DNA of 64,000 nucleotides from an uncultured Planctomycetaceae bacterium. GTDB lineage: Bacteria; Planctomycetota; Planctomycetia; Planctomycetales; Planctomycetaceae. The notes beneath the pieces were generated by a model. The model saw only the letters and a list, made by a program, of their open reading frames with translations, was not told the origin of the DNA and searched no databases. The stretch spans positions 1,120,001 through 1,184,000 of the forward strand of contig CAWFGE010000013.1 of NCBI GenBank assembly GCA_963815195.1, written 5' to 3'. Position numbers and translations under genes: made by a program. Shown one piece after another: positions 40,831 through 52,716 of this stretch (the stretch's first letter is position 1; each line of letters opens with the position of its first letter).

Positions 40831-41137
40831 CGGCCTTGCCTTCGTTTCGATCCGAATCGCCGTTCCGCGCTTTCGGCTCCCCCAAAAAAATTGCCCATCC
40901 CTCGCGCGCAAAAGCGGTGCATTGCAGGTGCGGGCCACCGAGATCGCACCGCGGAAGAGGCGGGATTGGGATTCTCAAACCGGGCAGAATGGCCATAATG
41001 CGCCGGCTCGGAAAGGCGTCCCGCTCGTCTTTCCCCGCGAGATTCAGTGTTTTGACAAGCCGGCTCAAGGTTGCCACGTCCCTGAGCCAAGCCAAGGGCG
41101 TGGCGAGCCGCAACAACTCCTCACGGAAGGACAAACC

Positions 41138-41839
41138 ATGCAACGACGAAAACTGGGAATGGGCGTGGTCTGGATGGTGTGCTTGTTGGGAATGGTCGCG
41201 GTGGTCTGGTCGCGTCCGCCGCTGGGCGGCTCGCGGGACAATTCGCATCCGCGGTTGGCCTTGTCCGCGGAAAAATCCGCTCCCGAACCCGAGCAGCCGC
41301 CCGCATCGGACGCGCCGTTGCCGCAGGAAGGCCGCGTCCCTCCGCTCCCGGAAGGGAACATCCCGGCAGTTTCTCAATCGGTTCGCGCGGAATCGCGGGC
41401 GCTGCCGACGGGCGAGTGGGTTCGCGAGTTTCCGCCCTGCAAAGTTTCCGTGACGGTCGAGGAAGGGCATCGCCTGCGCGCGGCGATTTCGGGCCAGATC
41501 GAAGAACTTCCGGCGGAATACCTCATCACGGCGGATTACCACATCACGCAGGACTCCATTCTGTATGGCGTCATCACCTCGGCCGAGATCCGCGTGGGCA
41601 GCGACAAGCCCGAGGACCAGATGCAAGTCGGCTGGATCGCGAGTTGGTTCTTCGATCAGCCGTTCGCCTTGCGTTACCGCTTGGATCAGGAGGCGCTGAC
41701 CGTCAAGGATCTGAAAATCGGCCAGCTTCCGAATCATGCGGAACTCGCGGAGGCGTTGGCCAGGTTCGCCGTCGGCCGTTACCATCCCCCCAAACCCGCC
41801 CCGCCGAGGCCCGATCCGGTGAGATCCATTTATCGATGA
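41138..41839 (+). CDS. hypothetical secreted/membrane-anchored protein
   Basis: GGAAGGA RBS, N-terminal hydrophobic helix, Pro-rich linker. Confidence 0.65.
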   Translation: MQRRKLGMGVVWMVCLLGMVAVVWSRPPLGGSRDNSHPRLALSAEKSAPEPEQPPASDAPLPQEGRVPPLPEGNIPAVSQSVRAESRALPTGEWVREFPPCKVSVTVEEGHRLRAAISGQIEELPAEYLITADYHITQDSILYGVITSAEIRVGSDKPEDQMQVGWIASWFFDQPFALRYRLDQEALTVKDLKIGQLPNHAELAEALARFAVGRYHPPKPAPPRPDPVRSIYR

Positions 41840-41880
41840 AAAGTTTTCAATCCGACTAGGAAGGCTACGCTTGGATCAAA

Positions 41881-42033
41881 GTGCCCCGCTACAAAGATGA
41901 TCTCCACTTATCCTGGGAAGAGCGTTACCGGCGTTTGGAACAACATCCTATTGCGGAGACCACGTTCCTGATCGAGGAAATCCGCAAGTTGGCGAAGATG
42001 TTGGACGAGGCGCGATCCCGACAACAGGAATAA
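41881..42033 (+). CDS. possible small helical protein (50 aa)
   Basis: GTG-start ORF PRYKDDLHLSWEERYRRLEQHP...* ending just before a terminator. Confidence 0.35.
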   Translation: MPRYKDDLHLSWEERYRRLEQHPIAETTFLIEEIRKLAKMLDEARSRQQE

Positions 42034-42073
42034 CAAAATCCCCCGCAGGTTCGGCCGGCGGGGGATTTGTTCT
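42034..42073. terminator. bidirectional terminator
   Basis: AAATCCCCCGC / GCGGGGGATTT hairpin between convergent genes. Confidence 0.65.
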
Positions 42074-42116
42074 TATCGGTCTGGCGTCGGCTTCGGTCAA
42101 ATTCCGGATCGTGCCG

Positions 42117-43094
42117 TCAGAAGATGATTTCGATTTCCTGCTTCTCTTCCAGGAGTTTCGATTCGACGGTGATTGTATCTTTCACCAACTGGGCGGCTCC
42201 GGGGACGATCGTGGCTTGCAGGCGGGCCCGGTTGTTTTTCACCGGCACATAGCCAGCTTCCGTCGGGCCGCCGAAGTGTTGCTTATAGCCGTCGGTGCCG
42301 ACGACGAACCCCGAAAGATCGCGGAGCGGGTAGCGTTTGGTGTTTTTGTCCAATTTGACTTCGATGATGATCGCATACCGCTCGCTGGGCTTGGGATCGT
42401 TGGGTTCGGTCCAGACGGTGAAGCTCCCTTTGGTGAAGACCCGCGAGGGCATCTCGAATTTGATCCCGCCCCCCTTCGTGTCCGTGGCGGTGGTGGCGGC
42501 GAGGTCGATTCCCAAATCGGGGGCGGACAGCGGGGCAGGATCCAGGAGCGGGTTGTTGATTTGCTCCTCGATGTCGGGAATCAGATCGACGTCCATATCC
42601 ACTTCCTGAAACGCGGCCACATCGTTGGGAGACTCGGTGATCGTTGTGACCAGCTCCTCCTCCTGGGGGTTCGAAAACATCCACAGGGACAAGATCAGCA
42701 GCAGCACGATGTGCACCAGCACCGAAACCCCGTAACCGGCTCCGCCTTCGCCCGTGATCCATCGCTTGACCTTTTCTTGCCAGGCCAACTCTTCCCCGCC
42801 TTCTTCGTCTTCGTCGGCCACGATCGGCGCCCGGCGTTTCGCGGGCTTTTGAGCCGGCGGCTTCGACTTGGACTGGGGCCGGGACGGCGCGGGCGGCGGT
42901 GCGGTGCGGGATTTGTTGCTCGGGCCGCGAAACCACGCGGGCATGCTTTCTTCGGGGGACGGGGACGCCTCGGCCGGCGGAGGGGACTTGTCGATTTCGA
43001 CGAAAAACGGCTCCTCCTCGGCCGCGGAGGACAGCGAAGAAAAGTCCGGTTGGTTCGAGGCGTGTCCCATCGTGTGTTGGCTGTTCCTGGACAT
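42117..43094 (-). CDS. hypothetical single-pass membrane protein
   Basis: Pro-rich N-terminus, SVLVHIVLLLIL TM (SxxxH, TonB/TolA-anchor-like), acidic linker, C-terminal domain. Confidence 0.7.
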   Translation of the reverse strand: MSRNSQHTMGHASNQPDFSSLSSAAEEEPFFVEIDKSPPPAEASPSPEESMPAWFRGPSNKSRTAPPPAPSRPQSKSKPPAQKPAKRRAPIVADEDEEGGEELAWQEKVKRWITGEGGAGYGVSVLVHIVLLLILSLWMFSNPQEEELVTTITESPNDVAAFQEVDMDVDLIPDIEEQINNPLLDPAPLSAPDLGIDLAATTATDTKGGGIKFEMPSRVFTKGSFTVWTEPNDPKPSERYAIIIEVKLDKNTKRYPLRDLSGFVVGTDGYKQHFGGPTEAGYVPVKNNRARLQATIVPGAAQLVKDTITVESKLLEEKQEIEIIF

Positions 43095-43267
43095 GTGAGT
43101 GGATTTTCCTTTTGTATCGAGGTGACGGACCCGGAGAAACCGGCTCCGTGAATTTCACCCCAAAACAAGTCAGAATGACTCGCTACCCTCCCCTACCATC
43201 CTACACGTCCCACCCGCATTCGCCTACTGCTTTTAGAGAAAAATCCTCGGCCCGCAGGAAAACCGCT

Positions 43268-44992
43268 TCACAAGCCGACGCCAAGCACCGCCCTCGCGGG
43301 CGAGTCGGGACACGCAGGACGGGTCGCCGCCGGTTTTGGCTCGTCGAGCGGTTCCCACGGCGGGAGTTTCACGGATTGATCCAGGCGGTATCGGTGTTTC
43401 GTCGCTTCGGAGAGAATGTCCAACTCGACTTGCCAATCAAGCCCCCGGACGCCGAAGATTTCGTCCACCATGTCGCGGGCCCGCTCCCGGCGAAGTTCCG
43501 TGGGCAGCGTTGGCCAGATTTCCCCCGCGATGCGTTTGCCCTCGGCGAGAAACGTTGGCTCGTCCCGCAATTCGATCATCACCGCCCGCCAGGCCCAAAG
43601 CGATTCGCCCAGGTTCTGGTAGTGCAAAATCAAGTCCCGATTGGGAATCAGAGCAAGCTGCCAGGCCCGCCGGTCGCGGTCCAGGATCTGGTCCATAATC
43701 CCAAGTGCTTGATATTTATCACCTTGCGACGAGAGTCTCTTCCAAATCGTGGCCGCCAGATTGGAGACGTCCGCCGCCTCGCCAATGGGAACACCGGATG
43801 GGGAATTGTGAGGCGGCTTGAACGTGCGAAGCAGCCGCATACACGACCGCCAGGCTCCCAGCGGCTCGTTTTGGGTCATTAAGAACATGAGGGACTGCCG
43901 CGGAGTGAGCAGGCGATCCCGCCAATAGTCGCGGTCGCCGGGGAATGTTTCGTCAAGCGTCTGCCACGCGGCTTTGCGGTCTTCCGGTCCCGGGAATCGG
44001 TCCCAGATTCGCCGGCTGAGGTTCTCGGCGTTTTGCAGGCCCCGATGGGCGTCCAATCCCCTGAGAAGTGTACGCCAGGACGGGCCGGGCTGCCCGGTTT
44101 CGAGTTCGGTTTCCGCCAGGGCATACCAGGGGTAAGTCAAAGTGGGTTCATGCTTTACAGCGGATTCGTAGTGGAGTTTTTTGGTGGCGGCGTCGGGACT
44201 CGTTTCCGCCAGCCACCAGTGATACCGGCCGTCGTCCCCGGGGTGCATGATGTGATGGAACGGGAACCACAATAAGCCGTGGGCCGCCACCAGCCCGATC
44301 GTCGCCATCGGCCTCGCGACGGGCGGCGCGGAGAGCACAAGCCCCCACACCAGGCCATAGAGCAGCCCGACGACGTGGGCGAGGTTGTCGACGCCCGTCG
44401 TCCAGCCGCCGACGGAAAGGGCCAAGAATCCAAGGCCGCAGACGGCTCCCAAAAGGATCCCGCCGTCGCTGAATTGGCGGTTGAGCGTCCGGTCGTCCCG
44501 GCGGAGCAAAAGCAGCGCGCCGAACGCGGCAAAAATCACGCCCGCCAGTCCGGTCATCGGATCCTCGCCGACGAACCAGTCGGAGAGCGCGGAAAACCGC
44601 CAGCGGGCGAGCGTGGTCGCCATCAGTGCCCCGACCACGAACAGCCCAAACGTCGCCGGATGCAGCCGAGGTTCCAACAAAACGCCCAGGTAGATCGTCG
44701 CCGGCACGATCAAGGCGATTTGCCACCAGCCCCCCTGATGCAGCCCGCCCATCGGAACCCGCCACCACTGGCCGGCCCACAAGTCAAACGGGCCGAACAA
44801 ATCGGGATGCTCGGGGGAATGCTGCACTTCCAGCAGGCCCAGGTCGCGATACGCGTCGGCCGGCTTCCGGTGGGGTGTCGTTCGCCAATCCACCGCAATC
44901 TGCAGGCAGACGACGATTAGAACCAGGATCGACGTGATGGGAATCGTCGATCGAACCCAACGGAACAGGGAAAAGGCAAAGTCGCGGTTCAT
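43268..44992 (-). CDS. rhomboid-family membrane protein with a helical C-terminal region
   Basis: GQWWR, GVLLE, GLAG, NLAHVVG. Confidence 0.75.
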   Translation of the reverse strand: MNRDFAFSLFRWVRSTIPITSILVLIVVCLQIAVDWRTTPHRKPADAYRDLGLLEVQHSPEHPDLFGPFDLWAGQWWRVPMGGLHQGGWWQIALIVPATIYLGVLLEPRLHPATFGLFVVGALMATTLARWRFSALSDWFVGEDPMTGLAGVIFAAFGALLLLRRDDRTLNRQFSDGGILLGAVCGLGFLALSVGGWTTGVDNLAHVVGLLYGLVWGLVLSAPPVARPMATIGLVAAHGLLWFPFHHIMHPGDDGRYHWWLAETSPDAATKKLHYESAVKHEPTLTYPWYALAETELETGQPGPSWRTLLRGLDAHRGLQNAENLSRRIWDRFPGPEDRKAAWQTLDETFPGDRDYWRDRLLTPRQSLMFLMTQNEPLGAWRSCMRLLRTFKPPHNSPSGVPIGEAADVSNLAATIWKRLSSQGDKYQALGIMDQILDRDRRAWQLALIPNRDLILHYQNLGESLWAWRAVMIELRDEPTFLAEGKRIAGEIWPTLPTELRRERARDMVDEIFGVRGLDWQVELDILSEATKHRYRLDQSVKLPPWEPLDEPKPAATRPACPDSPARAVLGVGL

Positions 44993-45285
44993 GAAGATCC
45001 GTCAAAAAGAGCACGCTATCGCATTTATGTTGGCAGTTTGAGCCGGCAATCGTCAACACCAACCGCAAAACCCGCGAATCCCGATACCTGATGCCCGCCT
45101 CCAAAAAGCACGGGCACCAGTTTTCCCCGACTTTCCTGAGACACACACTCGCCGGCCCAGTTTGACTGATGGGAATTGTCCGCATATTCGTTCCAGAAGG
45201 GCCGGCATCGCTGGGGTTGGCTTGGGGGAACCTCAGCCGCCGATACGAATTTCGTCGCTGCGTGTAATTTGGCAAAGGAACGGGG

Positions 45286-47208
45286 ATGTGCGGAATTCTC
45301 GGGTTGGTCGCCCCCGCGGGGCAAATTCTAGCGGTGCGGGATCCCGACGTCCTCGCGATGCGGGATGAAATGGCCGACCGCGGGCCCGACGATGCCGGCA
45401 TCTTTCGGCGGGAGAACGTCGCCTTGGCCCACCGCCGGTTGGCCATTCGAGACCTCGAAGCCGGCCGGCAGCCTTGGGTTTCCGCCGATGGAAACTCCGT
45501 CCTGGTTTACAACGGCGAATTGTATGGGGACCAACTCCGCCGGGACCTCGAAAAACGCGGGCACGTGTTTCGCACCCGCTGCGACACCGAAACCCTCATG
45601 GCGGCCTACGAGGAATGGGGGACCGCCTGCCTGTCCCGGCTGCGCGGCATGTTCGCCTTTGGGATTTACGATTTCCCCAACCGCCGGCTGTTTCTCGCGC
45701 GGGACCGGTTTGGGATCAAGCCCCTGTTTTTGACAAACCTGGGCAACGTGCTGGCGTTTGCGAGTTCCGTGCCCGCGCTGCTCAGGCATCCCGACATCCC
45801 CAGGCGGCCGAATTGGCCCGCGATCAGCCATTACCTGACGACGTTCCGCATCACGCTGGGGCGAGAAACGCTGTTTGCTGGGATTTGGCAGTTGCTGCCC
45901 GGCGAATGCCTGGTCTGGCAGGAGGGAACGCTCGAAATCCAAAAGTATTGGGACTACCCAGACGAGCGCGAGGACGTCGGTTTAGCGGAAGCCTCAGAGC
46001 GGCTCAAACGCGGCCTCGAAACCGCGGTCGAAGCCCGGCTCGTCAGCGATGTGCCCGTGGGGATGTTTTTGAGCGGGGGCGTCGATTCCAATACCATCGC
46101 CTGTCTCGTCCGCGGCGCCGCGGGACATCGCAGCATCCTGGGCGGCTGCGGCGGCGGGAACAATCCTGACAAATCGCCTGCGAATCCCCTCGACGATTTC
46201 ACCGCGGCCCGGCGGTGTGCCCGGCACGTGCGGTTCGACTATCACGAAACCCGGCTCTCCGCCGGCGAGTATTTTGAGACCTGGCGCGAGATGGTGCATC
46301 GGCAATCGCTGCCTCTCGCCACGCCGACCGATGTGATCCTGTATCGGCTGGCTCGAGACCTTAAACAATATGTCGGCGTCGTCTTCGGCGGCGAAGGGGC
46401 CGATGAGCTGCTTTGCGGATACGAGATCACCCATTGGTCCGGGCACGATTTCGATGCCTCGGAGCAGTTGACCGGGCACGACCCGCTGCCGTCCCGCCGA
46501 AAGTTGATCGAAGCCAGCCTGCACCGGCAATATGGCCGGGTGCGGTTTGCTTCGCTCGCCGATCATTATTTCGCCCTCAACAGCTTGATTCCCATCGCGG
46601 CAAAGCCTGCACTCTTTCGGCCGGAAATTTTCGCCGAGATCGACGGCGACGCCCCGCTTGTCGAACATTATGCCCGGCTGCTTGCGGAGCGTCCCGAGGA
46701 AAGCACCGCCGAGCGTTACCTGCGGCTGCTGCACCGGGTGAATCTGGAATCGCTGTTGTCTCGGCTCGATTCCGCGACGATGCTCGCCGGCCTCGAAGCC
46801 CGCGTGCCCTTTACCGATCATCTTCTGGTGGAGAGCCTGTTCCGCGTTCCGCTCGGGCAGAAAATCGATGTCGCCCCCCGCGAAACGCTGCCCTATCTCG
46901 CGTCGGGCGAGCTGTCTGAGCGGGGGAGTCTCAGGTCGAAACGTCCGCTGCGGCAACTGGCGTCCGAGATGATGCCCGCCGCGCTCGCCTTCCGGCCGAA
47001 AGCGAGTTTTCCCACGCCGGTGGCTGAGTGGATCGCCGGCCCCTGGCAAAACGCCATTCGCGTAAAGCTGGAGCGAAGCCCCTTCGGCCAGGCCATCTTT
47101 CAACAGCAAGCGCTCGGGGAACTCGCGGAGAACCTGCCCCAAACCGGCCTGTGGGCCTGGCCGGTCTTGAATCTGCTCGAATGGGGCGACCGCCAATTCG
47201 CCGCGTGA
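45286..47208 (+). CDS. asnB: asparagine synthase (glutamine-hydrolysing) family amidotransferase
   Basis: MCGI, HRRLAIRD, YNGE, RDRFGIKP, LSGGVDS, GEGADE, EARVPF. Confidence 0.9.
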   Translation: MCGILGLVAPAGQILAVRDPDVLAMRDEMADRGPDDAGIFRRENVALAHRRLAIRDLEAGRQPWVSADGNSVLVYNGELYGDQLRRDLEKRGHVFRTRCDTETLMAAYEEWGTACLSRLRGMFAFGIYDFPNRRLFLARDRFGIKPLFLTNLGNVLAFASSVPALLRHPDIPRRPNWPAISHYLTTFRITLGRETLFAGIWQLLPGECLVWQEGTLEIQKYWDYPDEREDVGLAEASERLKRGLETAVEARLVSDVPVGMFLSGGVDSNTIACLVRGAAGHRSILGGCGGGNNPDKSPANPLDDFTAARRCARHVRFDYHETRLSAGEYFETWREMVHRQSLPLATPTDVILYRLARDLKQYVGVVFGGEGADELLCGYEITHWSGHDFDASEQLTGHDPLPSRRKLIEASLHRQYGRVRFASLADHYFALNSLIPIAAKPALFRPEIFAEIDGDAPLVEHYARLLAERPEESTAERYLRLLHRVNLESLLSRLDSATMLAGLEARVPFTDHLLVESLFRVPLGQKIDVAPRETLPYLASGELSERGSLRSKRPLRQLASEMMPAALAFRPKASFPTPVAEWIAGPWQNAIRVKLERSPFGQAIFQQQALGELAENLPQTGLWAWPVLNLLEWGDRQFAA

Positions 47209-47310
47209 GAAAACCCGCGTGCGACCTCAGAATGTCATTTCTCCCGCTCCCGTGGTATTCTCGGCGCCTCCGTGCATTCCCCAGAATTCCCTGACAATTG
47301 TATTTGAGTT

Positions 47311-49445
47311 ATGACCTCGGCCGTCACGCTTTACGAATGCCGGCATTGCCGGACGCCTTTGCCGCCTTCGCGTCTCAATCGGCGGCCGGATGCGTGGAGT
47401 TCGCGTGAGGGCACGCCTTTCCCGCTCGGCGTGCGGTGGATTCCCGAAGAGCAGAGCTACAACTTCGCTTTGTATTCGAAACACGCCGAAGAAGTCGAGT
47501 TGTTGTTTTTCGCGGAGAACCGTCTCGAGGAGCCGGTTTACGTTTACCGTTTTGACATGCTCCGCAATAAGTCCGGACCGATCTGGCATTGCCGAATTCC
47601 CGTGGAGCGGGTCAACGAGGCCCGGTTCTATGGCTATCACATCGATGGCCCGCTGGCGCGGGCCGGTTTCGAGATGCACACCTTCGATCGGGAAAAGTTG
47701 CTTCTGGATCCCTACGCCGGGACGGTGTTCTTCCCCGCGGATTTCGACCGCACCGCGGCCCAGAGGCGGGGATCCACTGTGGGGCGGGCCCCCTTCGCGC
47801 TTCTGGACGAATGCCATTGCCCGTTCGAGTGGGACAGCGACCGGCATCTCCGGCACGAAGGCGACCTGGTGGTTTATGAAATGCACGTCCGGGGCTTCAC
47901 GAACAATCCCAACTCCGGCGTCCCCGCGGAGCGGCGGGGCACGTTTCTGGGCCTGATCGACAAGATTCCCCATCTCGTCGATCTCGGCGTGACCGCGGTG
48001 GAACTCATGCCGATCTTTCAGTTCGATCCGCAGGAAGAAAACTACTGGGGCTATATGCCCATGAGCTTTTTCGCGCCGCATCATGGCTATGCCGCGCAGC
48101 CGGGGGCCTGCGCCAGAAGAGCGAGTTTCGCGAAATGGTCAAGGCCCTGCACGCCGCGGGCATCGAGGTGATTCTCGACGTGGTCTATAACCACACCTGC
48201 GAAGGCAGCGAAGCCGGCCCGACGTATTCGTTCAAGGGGATCGACAACTCGACGTATTACATGATTATCCCCGGCACGCCGCCGAGCTATGCGAACTATA
48301 GCGGCTGCGGAAACACGCTGCACACGGCGAACCGCGCCGTCCGTCAGCTCATCGTCGACAGCCTCAGGTATTGGGCAACCGAGATGCGCGTGGACGGGTT
48401 TCGCTTCGATCTGGCTTCCGTGTTCACGCGGAGTTCCGACGGCTCGATGAACCTCACCGATCCGCCCATCTTCGCTCAGATCGCCGGCGACCCGGCCCTC
48501 GCCGATGTGCGGCTGATCGCGGAACCCTGGGACGCCGGCGGCGGGTTTTTGTTGGGCAAGCGGTTTCCCGGTACGCAATGGTTCCAGTGGAACGCCCAGT
48601 ATCGCGATACGCTCCAAAAGTTCGTGCGCGGCGATTCGGGGTTGGTGGGCGATTTGATGTCCCGGCTCTACGGCAGCAGCGATCTGTTTCCCGACGACCG
48701 CCTGAACGCTCTCAGGCCGTTTCAAAGCGTGAACTACGCCGCCTCGCACGATGGATTTACGCTTTACGATCTCGTGTCCTATAACCGAAAACACAACGAA
48801 GCCAACGGACATGACAACACCGACGGCGCCCACGAATATACTTGGAACTCTGGCACCGAGGGCGATTCCCAGCTCACGCCGGAAATCCTCCGTCTGCGAA
48901 AGCAGCAGGTCAAGAATTTCTTCTGCCTGCTGATGCTCTCCAACGGCACGCCGATGTTCCGCATGGGCGATGAGTTCCTGCAAACTCAAGGAGGCAACAA
49001 CAACCCGTTCAAAATCGACGGCAAGACGACCTGGCTGGACTGGAACCGGCTCGAAGACCACCGCGACGTGTACCGTTTCGTCAAGCACATGATCGCGTTC
49101 CGCAAGTCGCATCCTTCCATCTCCCGGCCGGAGTTTTGGCGGGAAGACATCGAGTGGCTCGGCCCCGACGGTCCGGTGGATTGGGGACCGAACTCCCGCA
49201 GCCTGGCGTATTGTCTCAATGGAAAACGCGAAAACGACCAGGATCTGTATGTAATGATCAACGGCGACGACGCGCCGCGGCGGTTCCGCATCCAAAAGCA
49301 AAACGTTCCCGGTTGGACGCTGGCCATCGACACGGGGGCCCGGTCGCCGCACGATATTCTCGCGGAAGGCAATCCAGTCCTCGTGAGTGCGGAATCCCTC
49401 CAAGTCCAACCCCGCTCCATCGTGGTCCTGGTGTCGAAAACCTGA
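47311..49445 (+). CDS. glgX: isoamylase / glycogen debranching enzyme GH13 (frameshift near 48115)
   Basis: YEMHVRGF, NYWGY, then DVVYNHT, DGFRFDLA, IAEPWD, HDGFTL in the next frame. Confidence 0.88.
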
Positions 49446-49623
49446 TGAACAGAATCCACAAAATCATGGGCACAGAATCATTGATACGTTGGCGGAACAA
49501 CAAAACCGACTGCGGTGAATTTCTTTTAAGATTTCTCGCCAGGGCCACGAGACGTGAGTTAAATACCCAAGTGATCTATGATTTCAAGCCATTGGGGCTT
49601 TGTGGACTGTCGGGGGAATCTGA

Positions 49624-51082
49624 ATGACTCCAGGGAATTTTGGGCAAAGCCGCTGCCGGTTTGGGATCGCCTGCGAGAAAATCACGCCGCCCGCGGGGAT
49701 TTATCACCGCATGTGGGGAGCCGCGAAGCACGACCGGGCGGCAGGGGTTCATCGCCCCTTGCGCCGACGGTGGTTGCGTTTTCGCCGCTTGCGGAAACGC
49801 GTCCGATGAAGGATGGTCAAATCCTTGTGGCGATCGATCATTGCATTCTGGCGCGAAAGAACTCGACATCATCCAAAAAGCCATCACATCCGCCGTCCCT
49901 GTTTCCGAAGAGCAGGTGGTCGTTGTCTGCTCGCATACGCACGCGGCGGGGTTGTTGAGCCTGGATCGCGTGAATCTTCCAGGCGGCGAACTGATCCCGG
50001 AATATCTCGATTCGCTCGCGGAGACAGTGAAAGGTCTCGTCCAAAAAGCCCTCGAAAGCCAGCAGCCGGCCACGATGATTTATGGCACCGGGCGGTGCAG
50101 CCTCGCGGCCAACCGCGACGCTTGGGATGAAGACAGCCGGCAATCTGTCTGCGGATACAACCCCGACGCACCGGCGGACGACACGCTCCTCGTCGCCCGC
50201 GTGGATGCGGACGACGATCGGGCGCTCGCCACGATCGTCAATTACGCCTGCCATCCGACGACGCTGGCTTGGGACAACACTCTCATCAGTCCCGATTTTC
50301 CCGGCATCATGCGGGACGTCGTGGAACAGGCCACCGGAGCGCCCTGTGTGTTTTTGCAAGGGGCTTCGGGCGAACTCGGTCCGCGGGAAGGCTTTGTCGG
50401 CGACGTGGCCGTTGCGGAGAAAAACGGGCGTCAGTTGGGCTACGCGGCTCTCTCGGTCATCGCGAGCCTGCCCGCCTCGAAGAAGGTTTACCACGATGCG
50501 GGCCCCGTGGTGTCCGGAGCGACGATCGGAACCTGGGCCTATCGGCCGATGCGCGAGGACGAGCTTCAAAATCTCGCTGACTGGTCGCGTTGGCGCGGGG
50601 CGATCGATTTGCCTTACCGGCCGGACTTGATCCCCTTGGACGAGATTCCCCAACTCCTCGAGCAGTTCGAATCCCAGGAAGCCCAGGCGCGCGCTCGAGG
50701 AGATGAGGCGGCGGCGCTCAACGGCCGGGCGCTGGCGGAACGCCGCCGGCGGGAATATGCGAGGCGATTGGCGCTTCCTCAAGGAGGCACGTTTCCCTAC
50801 CAAGCCGCGTTGTGGCGGATCGGAGACGCGGTGTGGGTTTGCGTTCAAGGAGAACCCTACAGCCTGTTGCAGACGAAACTGCGGGAGCGTTTTCCCGGTC
50901 GGCCGTTGATCGTCGCGTCGATCGGATTCTCTTGGGGCGTCGCCTATTTGCCGCCGGCGGACAAATATGGTCTCGGACTCTATCAAGAAAACATCGCCGT
51001 CGTGGCCCAGGGATCACTGGAAACGGCCATCGACGTGTTAGGCGGTCGGATCGAGGAATTGCTCCGCGGGCCGGCGTCATGA
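49624..51082 (+). CDS. neutral-ceramidase-N-terminal-like hydrolase (frameshifts near 49760 and 49850)
   Basis: [36 protein letters not shown] and QGASG spread over three frames. Confidence 0.7.
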
Positions 51083-51119
51083 ACTCGAAATCTGAATCTC
51101 AGTCGTTCCAAAAAACGTC

Positions 51120-51191
51120 AGAGCCGCGCACGAAGTAAGCGGTATTGCGATCTGTAAATCTCGAAAAACCGCTTACTTCGTGCGCGGCTCT
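51120..51191. repeat. REP-like 24-bp inverted repeat (GAGCCGCGCACG family)
   Basis: AGAGCCGCGCACGAAGTAAGCGGT / ACCGCTTACTTCGTGCGCGGCTCT. Confidence 0.88.
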
Positions 51192-51344
51192 TGGGGAACC
51201 GATCCTTTTTCCGGGACTTTTGAAACTACTGAATCTCGAAGCACTGAGAATGGAGATTGGATGTGTTTGACGCATTTTGATTTTGAGCTTTCGGATCGAA
51301 AAGCGCGCACGGTTATTACCTTTCCAAAAGGGTCACTCCCTCCC

Positions 51345-52521
51345 ATGAAAATCGCCGCGATTGAAACGCTCGTGTGTCATGCCCGGATGCGAAACTGGAT
51401 ATTCGTCAAAGTTGTGACCGATGAGCCAGGGCTTTTCGGTTGGGGCGAAGCCACGCTGGAATGGCACACGCGGAGCGTGGTCGGGGCGATCGAGGATCTT
51501 GCGGAACTGATCGCAGGCGAAGATCCCCGGAGGGTCGAATATCTCTGGCAGATGATGTATCGCCAGCACTTTTGGCACGGGCACGGGATCGTGCGGGCGA
51601 CGGCGATGGCGGGAATCGATCTGGCACTTTGGGACATCCTGGGGAAAGTTGCGGGGCTGCCCTGCGCAGCTTTGGGGCGGACCGGTCCGCGATTCGATTC
51701 GGACGTATTGCCATTTGGGCGGCGGCAAGCTCGAAGATTTTTACGAGACCGCGGCCGACGACGCCCGGCGGTTTGCGGAGCTCGCCCGGCAAGCGGTGGA
51801 GCAGGGCTACACGGCGTTCAAGAGCATGGCGGTGCCGCCGACGATGCCCATCGAAGGCTTGAAGCCGCTCCGCACCGCCGAACAAGCCGTCGCCGCGATG
51901 CGCGATGCCGTGGGCGAGGAAATCGACATCATGGTGGACTGCCACGCCCGCCCGTCGCCGGCGATGGGGCTGCAATTTGCCCGGGCTTTGGAGCCTTATG
52001 GGTTGTATTTCCTGGAAGAGCCCTGCTGGCCGGAAGAAGTCGGAGGGCTGGCGATGATTAACTCCTCGGTGGCCACGCCGATCGCCACGGGCGAACGCAT
52101 CACCCATGCGGCGGGTTTTCGCGAGCTGTTCGATCGGCGGGCCTGCGAGATTTGTCAGGCCGACATCACGCACTGCGGCGGATTGACGGAAGCCCGCCGC
52201 ATCGCCGCTTTGGCCGAAACCTACCGGATCGCCCTGGCCCCCCACAATCCGCAAGGCCCGGTGAGCACGGCGGCTTCACTGGAATTCGGCTTTTCGCAGC
52301 CGAGCTACATCATTTGCGAAACCGTGCACGAAGATGTGCCCTGGCGTGAGGACGTGGTCGAAGAAGGTTTTCGGATCGATCCCCAAGGCCGAACCGTGCA
52401 GCCGAACACACGCCCCGGACTGGGAATTTCCATTAACGAAGCGGAGGTCAAAAAGCACCCCTTCGAGCAGGAAATCCCCCAGCGGGTGTTCTATTCCGAT
52501 GGGAGCGTGGGGGACTGGTAA
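51345..52521 (+). CDS. galactonate-dehydratase-like mandelate racemase/enolase family protein (frameshift near 51670)
   Basis: [36 protein letters not shown]; ends DGSVGDW. Confidence 0.85.
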
Positions 52522-52716
52522 GTTCTCTGGGTGAAGAATTATTCACGCCAGGGCTTGCAATTCTCCTCCTGTTACGCGACTATAAACCTGTTCTTAACGG
52601 AATGTTCACTCTCCTTTCATTTTCCCGTCCGAACATCATCATTCCTATCTCTTTCGTCTTCTTTTCGCCCATGGTTTATGGGTTTTTCACTTCTCTTTTT
52701 TGTAAAGGGTGTATTG

